From a virus, in IMG/VR virus record IMGVR_UViG_3300033146_001635, positions 1 to 64,000 of that record: a stretch of DNA of 64,000 nucleotides; one strand, 5' to 3'. The number at the start of each line of letters is the position of its first letter. The stretch's first letter is position 1. The position numbers were made by a program, and so were the translations under genes. Shown piece by piece: positions 58,285 through 64,000 of the stretch. The notes under the pieces were generated by a model. The model saw only the letters and a list, made by a program, of their open reading frames with translations, was not told the DNA's origin and did not search any database.

Positions 58285-59352
58285 TTAGATTGTTTCTATT
58301 AAAATATTGGATTGTCTCCATATTGTAGAAACTTTTTTTGTATATCCAAATTTTGAAGAATTATAAGCAATTTTAGTGTGTAGTCTAATTTCATCACCAT
58401 CTGTTACATTCAATAAAATACCGGGGCATGTTACTGCACCATTTTGTCCATATTTATAACTTCTGGTATATGCAAATGAAATACTATCAGTTACTTCATT
58501 CCAATTTTTACTTAACAATGCTTGCATTTGAATTCGATTATATTCAGAATTTATAAAATTAACTTTATATGATATTTTAATCATACCAGAATAATTATTA
58601 ATTAATATTACATCATACCCTATTTCATCTTTTATATCAGCTTTTTTCATAGAGAAAATATCATCTGATTTAATAAAATCATCCCATATAATAACTAATT
58701 CTTTTTGACGTTGATGGCTCTGCCATGTTTCATTAATAGCATATAAATATTTAATTTGAGTTGGTTTAATTGGAGCAGGAATTTCTGAAAAAACTTCCTG
58801 TAAAGAATGTGGTATCTCACCACAAGAATTATATTCATAATCATAATATTTTGCATCATTCATTGCCTGTACTTTATCAAAATATAAACTTCGTATACTA
58901 TTCAACCAATTTAAAATATCTATTGCTTTTTTATTATTTGCAGAAGATAAAGAATATAAAGCAGTAACATCAGATGGTGTTATTCCAAAATGCTGCTCAT
59001 AATCAACACGTTTTTCTAATAAATATTTTTCTTGATCTAAATTATTATAAGCATATAAAAAATCTCTATTTATATCAACTGGATATACATCACCACGATA
59101 ATAAATTATCATTGTTTCTTGAGATTTATATTTAATAAAAGTTTGAAAAATTTCAAGAATACATGGTTCACATTGCATTGACAAAATAAAAATTGGTGAA
59201 TTGCTTATTACAAACCCCAATAATTTATTAGTATCTTTATCTATAATTTTTAAATCAACATTATCTGTTATTTCTTTAATTTGATCTTGATGTAAAATAG
59301 CTTGATTATCAAGAGCTTCTTGTTTATTTGAATCTTGAAATAATATATTCAT
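58285..59352 (-). CDS. Fibre-associated protein with C-terminal C1q/TNF-like beta domain
   Basis: SFAYTRSYKYGQNG..TCP..LL.V.DGDEI resembles the C-terminal domain of the fibre (AYTRGYNYNKYGNCSCP..VEL..GDYI). Confidence 0.5.
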   Translation of the reverse strand: MNILFQDSNKQEALDNQAILHQDQIKEITDNVDLKIIDKDTNKLLGFVISNSPIFILSMQCEPCILEIFQTFIKYKSQETMIIYYRGDVYPVDINRDFLYAYNNLDQEKYLLEKRVDYEQHFGITPSDVTALYSLSSANNKKAIDILNWLNSIRSLYFDKVQAMNDAKYYDYEYNSCGEIPHSLQEVFSEIPAPIKPTQIKYLYAINETWQSHQRQKELVIIWDDFIKSDDIFSMKKADIKDEIGYDVILINNYSGMIKISYKVNFINSEYNRIQMQALLSKNWNEVTDSISFAYTRSYKYGQNGAVTCPGILLNVTDGDEIRLHTKIAYNSSKFGYTKKVSTIWRQSNILIETI

Positions 59353-60965
59353 GTTACTGTCCTAGGAACTTGTTGTATTAATATCCAAGTTTGTGAACTA
59401 CCAATAACAGGTGCTTGTATATCATCATCTCTTACATATGCAACTTCTATATAATCACCATTATCTAATTCAACATAAGTCAATGGGCATGAACAATTGC
59501 CATATTTATTATAATTATATCCTCTAGTATAGGCAGCGGTTTGAGAATAATCAATTTTTGTACCATTTACTTGAAGCCATGCTGTTATTGTGTTTCTAGC
59601 ATTATCACCCGAATCAAGTGTCATAAAAATATTATACGCAATTAATAATTTCAAATCATCATTAGCTGTTATTCTACCAGTTGATGTATTTAATGATAAT
59701 TTAGAATGTGATTTAATCACATCATCAAAAGGCACAACTCTAATAGTTGAATCAACTACTTGTGTACCAGTCATACCATATGAAACAGTAAATGGAGGTT
59801 TTGGAACTCTGATTCTAGCAACACCACCACCTCTATCATCTGCAACTATATCACCAGTAAAATTCAATGTACTATGTGGGGTATTTGATAAATTAACACC
59901 ATCTTCCTGAATTGTAATTGATGTGCCTGAACCATCCGCACCTTTTTGTGCAACTAAATCCCAATTAGATGAAGGTGGTTGGTCATTTAAAGTATTATTC
60001 GTTTTGCACACATAACAAGATCCATCTGATTCAACAGTATCATTTATATTGTAGGTAGTAGATGATGAATAAGCACCTTTCCAATCTAAATCACCAGATG
60101 GGCCAGTTGGTCCCGTTGCACCAGTATCACCTTTAGATGCCATTAAACTCCAATATGTTGAATTAGATGGATTTTGATTTGTTGTTGTATCTTGAATACA
60201 TACATAAGCAGACCCATTATATTCAACAGCTTGGTTTTCAGTATAATTTTGATTTTGCCACGCACCGTGCCATGTTATATCACCATCACTACCTTTAGGA
60301 CCCTGACTTCCTTGTGTATTAAAAAGTGTTACTACACATTTATTAGCAATTGTTGTAAGAGTATTAGACCCATTATATCGAATAATTTGAACTCTTATTT
60401 TGTCACCAGTTTGAAATTTAATTGGATATATATGTGAACCAGATAATCTACCATTGTTTTCAGTTCTGTGGTACATACTAATTTCAAAATTATTTACATC
60501 AGCATAACCACTTCCACTATCAAGTTGTAAATATGCGGTGCTTCCACTTCTTGTAGTACCGGAATCAACATCTACATTTAAAGAAACACCTACCAATAAA
60601 GTTATATTTTTATTAATTGTAATTTCATTTGAACTTAAAGATGCAAATGTTGATGAAATATCAGTTGTATTTAACGCAATAGAAATTCTAGAATTGGTAA
60701 ATGTTTGTGCAGTTGATGCATAACATGAAAAAAGAACATCTTCTTTATTTTCAGTCCAATATGTTGTAGCTATATCAGGTGTTTTTGATAAATCACCTTC
60801 GGTACTTCCTGTTACAGCAGATATGCATCTATATGTTTTTGCTTTCCAAATAACAATATCACCAATTGCATAATTTGCAGTTTCATCATATAATCCCAAT
60901 GATGAAATAAAACTAGCTCCAGTTAAATTATGATCTGCTATTTGGTGTTTCTTTATTTGTGTCAT
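59349..60965 (-). CDS. Tail fibre/receptor-binding protein: CBM5/12-like repeats, short collagen Gly-X-Y stretches, two C1q-like domains
   Basis: WHGAW..QNY....VEYNGSAYVC and WKGAY....Y...DTVE.DGSCYVC; GDTGATGPTGPSG; likely start ATG 60965 with ggag RBS. Confidence 0.75.
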   Translation of the reverse strand: MTQIKKHQIADHNLTGASFISSLGLYDETANYAIGDIVIWKAKTYRCISAVTGSTEGDLSKTPDIATTYWTENKEDVLFSCYASTAQTFTNSRISIALNTTDISSTFASLSSNEITINKNITLLVGVSLNVDVDSGTTRSGSTAYLQLDSGSGYADVNNFEISMYHRTENNGRLSGSHIYPIKFQTGDKIRVQIIRYNGSNTLTTIANKCVVTLFNTQGSQGPKGSDGDITWHGAWQNQNYTENQAVEYNGSAYVCIQDTTTNQNPSNSTYWSLMASKGDTGATGPTGPSGDLDWKGAYSSSTTYNINDTVESDGSCYVCKTNNTLNDQPPSSNWDLVAQKGADGSGTSITIQEDGVNLSNTPHSTLNFTGDIVADDRGGGVARIRVPKPPFTVSYGMTGTQVVDSTIRVVPFDDVIKSHSKLSLNTSTGRITANDDLKLLIAYNIFMTLDSGDNARNTITAWLQVNGTKIDYSQTAAYTRGYNYNKYGNCSCPLTYVELDNGDYIEVAYVRDDDIQAPVIGSSQTWILIQQVPRTVT

Positions 60966-61012
60966 AAAAATAAACTCCGATGATACCAACACAATAATAG
61001 AATAGAATAATT

Positions 61013-61026
61013 CATTTATATGTTCT
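61013..61026 (-). promoter_or_regulatory. Late-type promoter AGAACA-TATAAA-TG
   Basis: Upstream of the fibre gene. Confidence 0.7.
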
Positions 61027-61056
61027 TATATTTTCATAGAAAATTACATTATTGAG

Positions 61057-61087
61057 TTTATAATAAAATTCCAAAGTTATATATATT
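61057..61087 (+). promoter_or_regulatory. Putative early promoter TTTATAATAAAAT..TTATATATATT
   Basis: Matches 46304-46334. Confidence 0.6.
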
Positions 61088-61140
61088 CAATTATAATTTA
61101 TACTAGATATTATTATTTTTTATGGAGGATAATTTTAACA

Positions 61141-61665
61141 ATGATAGAAGCAGCAGATTATATAACAATTACAGAATGTTCAAAATTATTTAATTTGAAT
61201 CCATCTACTGTTAAAACATATATAGGTGGACCTGATTATCCAGGTTTTAGATGGAGTAAAAAAAGAGTATATAAAGTCTTAAAAACATATCAACGAAATT
61301 GTGCTAAATGTGGAAAACCATTTATTCTACATAAAAATAATACTAAACATTCAACACTTTGTGCAGAATGTAGAATAATAAAAAAAGTAAAAGTATACAA
61401 ACGAATATGTCCCAAATGCAAACAACCATTCACAACAAAAATAAAAGAAAATAAAATCTGTTTCCAATGTTTGTCTAATCCTTCTATTAACAAAAAAAAT
61501 GATCCATTTGGTGTAATGAGAAAACCAACTTATCGTGGGAGAACATGCCCTTGTGGAAGTGGTATTCCATTACCAACTGGTATATATAGATGCAATGAAT
61601 GTAATGACAAATTTCAATATGAAAGAAATGAGTATGTAGATGATTTTGTTTATTATTTTAACTAA
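61141..61665 (+). CDS. HTH plus multi-Zn-finger protein
   Basis: ITITECSKLFNLNPSTVKTY; CxxC pairs CAKC/CAEC/CPKC/CFQC/CPCG/CNEC. Confidence 0.65.
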   Translation: MIEAADYITITECSKLFNLNPSTVKTYIGGPDYPGFRWSKKRVYKVLKTYQRNCAKCGKPFILHKNNTKHSTLCAECRIIKKVKVYKRICPKCKQPFTTKIKENKICFQCLSNPSINKKNDPFGVMRKPTYRGRTCPCGSGIPLPTGIYRCNECNDKFQYERNEYVDDFVYYFN

Positions 61666-61674
61666 GAGGAAATA

Positions 61675-62199
61675 ATGTTAAATTTAGCTATTGAATACGC
61701 AACTGAAAAACACAAAAATCAAAAAAGAAAATATATTAATTTACCATATATTATACATCCATTAACTGTTATGGAAATTATCCGAGGTACAGTTGAGAAT
61801 CACACAGAAGAAATGCTATGTGCAGCTGTATTACATGATGTAGTTGAAGATACAGATACCACAATTATAGATATTAAAAATAATTTTGGTGAAGATGTTG
61901 CGGAATATGTATATTATTTAACAGATATTTCCAAACCATCTGATGGTAATAGAAAAATTAGAAAAGAATTAGATAGACAGCATATAGCAAAAGCGGGATA
62001 TGAAGCACAAACAATTAAATTAGCTGATTTAATTGACAATTCTGCTTCTATTCTTTTATATGATAAAAATTTCTCTGTAGTATATATTAAAGAAAAAATG
62101 AAACTTTTAGAAGTTTTAACAAAAGGTGACAAAAGACTTTTAGAAGTTGCTAATCAAATTGTAATGGATTATTATTTACAAAAAAATATAATTACATAA
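61675..62199 (+). CDS. Small alarmone hydrolase (RelA/SpoT HD, Mesh1-like)
   Basis: A.EKH.NQKRK...PYIIHP..V, AAVLHDVVEDT, FG..VA..V..LTD, IKLAD.IDN. Confidence 0.88.
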   Translation: MLNLAIEYATEKHKNQKRKYINLPYIIHPLTVMEIIRGTVENHTEEMLCAAVLHDVVEDTDTTIIDIKNNFGEDVAEYVYYLTDISKPSDGNRKIRKELDRQHIAKAGYEAQTIKLADLIDNSASILLYDKNFSVVYIKEKMKLLEVLTKGDKRLLEVANQIVMDYYLQKNIIT

Positions 62200-62276
62200 C
62201 AAGGGAGGGTGATGCCATGTACCTTTATTTTCATCCCATCTGACGTATTAACCTTTAAAAAAAAAGGAGTTTTTGG

Positions 62277-62594
62277 ATGGGTAAAACAATTAGAAGGAAG
62301 AATTCTAAACCGGATTATCTGCTCAATTACCATGACCCCATGTTCGACCACAATGAGGCGAAGTGGTATTGGAGAAATCATCAGATTAAATATATGGGCA
62401 AAGAGCATCAGCGCCGTATTGCCCGATATTTTTCTGATGCCGGAACTACGATGAATCAGGCCCCTAGTTGGTATAGGAAAATGTTGAATCGTAAATTCCG
62501 TCGCAAGAATTCGCATATTCTTGTGAAAATCCAGAAAGGGCATGATAAAGAATTCATCCCGTTTAAGAAAAATCTTCTGTGGTTGTGGTGGTAA
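62277..62594 (+). CDS. Basic hypothetical protein in a higher-GC patch
   Basis: aaggag RBS; Arg/Lys/Trp-rich. Confidence 0.65.
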   Translation: MGKTIRRKNSKPDYLLNYHDPMFDHNEAKWYWRNHQIKYMGKEHQRRIARYFSDAGTTMNQAPSWYRKMLNRKFRRKNSHILVKIQKGHDKEFIPFKKNLLWLWW

Positions 62595-62662
62595 GTATTG
62601 TTTACCACCAGAAATCTCCCCATTATTCTATTAATTTAGAATGATGGGGAGATTTTCTTTTT
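62586..62662 (+). terminator. Two adjacent hairpins plus T-tract
   Basis: tggtggtaa/ttaccacca, then aaatctccccattattcta/tagaatgatggggagattt. Confidence 0.7.
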
Positions 62663-62672
62663 TGGAGGTTAA

Positions 62673-63614
62673 ATGTATACAACAATTGATAGTATCAATA
62701 ATGTGCTTACATCATATAAAAATGGAAACTACAATGTTATTATTTTAAAAGATGGTACTAAAATTAGACAAACAATTGATAATGAATTTCAACCAGATTT
62801 TCCAGAATCAATGGATGTTAAAATAACAAATAGATGTGATTTAAATTGTAATTATTGCCATGAAAATTCTGTAGAAAATGGTCGGCATTGTAATATTGAA
62901 CAATTAATTTCAGTTTTAAAAAATTTTCCAGTACCCGGTGTTGAATTAGCCATTGGTGGTGGTAATCCATTGGAACATCCATATCTTATTGATTTTTTAC
63001 AATGGGCTAAATCTAATGGATTTATTTGTAATTTAACAATAAATGGTAAACACATAAATCATATTTTAAATAAAATTATAGAAAAAAATCTAATTCATGG
63101 ATTAGGTATTTCATATACAAATGAAACAGAAAAATTAATTGAATATCCCCACACAGTCTGTCATTTAATTGCAGGTATTCATTCTATTAAGAATATTCAA
63201 CATGCATTAGATATATATGGAAAAGTTTTAATTCTTGGATATAAAAATGTAGGGAGAGGATCTACTTTTGGAGTTAAAAACAATAAAGAAATAAATAATA
63301 ATATTCTACAATTATCAAATAATTTATGGAAATTATTTCAACACGAAGGTATTATAAGTTTTGATTGTTTAGCAATTGACCAATTACATTTAAAAAAATA
63401 TTTTACTAACCATGAATGGGAAACATTTTATATGGGCGATGATGGAAAGTTTTCTATGTATTTTGATGCTGTTAATATGATATATGGTAGAAGTTCAACA
63501 TTACAACACAGAGAAATGGAATTTTGTAAAGATATTCATATATTTAACTTTTTTAAAAAAATATCCAATATAAAAAGAGACATAGATGAGGTGATTAATA
63601 ATGTTAATAAATAA
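62673..63614 (+). CDS. Radical SAM protein
   Basis: ITNRCDLNCNYCHE (CxxxCxxC), ELAIGGGNPL, NLTIN, ISFDCLAIDQL. Confidence 0.9.
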   Translation: MYTTIDSINNVLTSYKNGNYNVIILKDGTKIRQTIDNEFQPDFPESMDVKITNRCDLNCNYCHENSVENGRHCNIEQLISVLKNFPVPGVELAIGGGNPLEHPYLIDFLQWAKSNGFICNLTINGKHINHILNKIIEKNLIHGLGISYTNETEKLIEYPHTVCHLIAGIHSIKNIQHALDIYGKVLILGYKNVGRGSTFGVKNNKEINNNILQLSNNLWKLFQHEGIISFDCLAIDQLHLKKYFTNHEWETFYMGDDGKFSMYFDAVNMIYGRSSTLQHREMEFCKDIHIFNFFKKISNIKRDIDEVINNVNK

Positions 63615-64000
63615 ACGTATTGGTATATTTGAAACAAATTCATCTTCTTCTCATTCAGTATCTGTTTCTATAAACAATAATAATTTAAAATGTTGTTTAA
63701 AAAAATATGATGAAGATGGTTTTATAGTTATCCGTACTGAGGGTGGTGAATTTGGATGGGAGGTTGATTACTTTCAAGACGCTGAAACAAAATTATCATA
63801 TTTGATTACATATATTTTTAGAAATTTTGATATATCAGATATAGATGAAGATATAAATAAAATGACACCTAGTGAACAATGTAAGATATTAAACAGTTTA
63901 AATTTACCAAAATACCTAAATAAATCAGATTATGAATTATATCAGAAATTAGAAAAAATAATTTGTAAATTTTGCACATGTGATAAATTACGAGTAGAAA
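63601..64000 (+). CDS. FETNSSSSHS-family protein (radical SAM partner), 3'-truncated
   Basis: gaggtg RBS; MLINKRIGIFETNSSSSHSVSV...GEFGWEVD...KLSYL; frame open to the window end. Confidence 0.7.
   Translation, partial: MLINKRIGIFETNSSSSHSVSVSINNNNLKCCLKKYDEDGFIVIRTEGGEFGWEVDYFQDAETKLSYLITYIFRNFDISDIDEDINKMTPSEQCKILNSLNLPKYLNKSDYELYQKLEKIICKFCTCDKLRVE

Noticed and set aside
62172-62543. Alternative overlapping ORFs 62172-62543(-) and 62209-62454(+)
   Set aside because: Explained by locally higher GC; 62277-62594 has the better SD spacing and a more protein-like sequence.

Overview
Very AT-rich segment of a large (jumbo-type) contractile-tailed phage genome, read in the standard genetic code. 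From left to right: (1) a phage-encoded ubiquitin-like conjugation locus (JAB protease, ThiF/E1, a Rho_N-Rho_N-Ubl fusion ending in KG, a second E1-like protein with a GG-A tail, and an HPN..C E2-like protein); (2) an unsplit, streamlined two-subunit RNA polymerase (beta' then beta) coupled to folE2; (3) accessory genes (short PolB-like protein, RlaP-type nucleotidyltransferase, DUF932); (4) large terminase, HEXXH protein, 2045-aa tape-measure-like protein; (5) a long minus-strand morphogenesis block (baseplate, tube, sheath, fibres, amidase) interleaved with a family of paralogous propeptide/TM proteins, a PrsW-like intramembrane protease, and two output-less GAF proteins next to a holin-like gene; (6) plus-strand accessory genes (small alarmone hydrolase, radical SAM plus FETNSSSSHS partner). 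Two recurring promoter motifs are visible: AACA-N6-TG, which resembles the AR9 late promoter, and TTATATATATT. Also seen: a peptide motif (SDMGxxGDDIA) shared by two unrelated proteins, a candidate +1 frameshift, an in-frame TGA in a DUF192 gene, and an intergenic H-type pseudoknot. I saw no tRNA, rRNA, CRISPR array or IS element. All family calls come from motif recognition by eye, not database searches.
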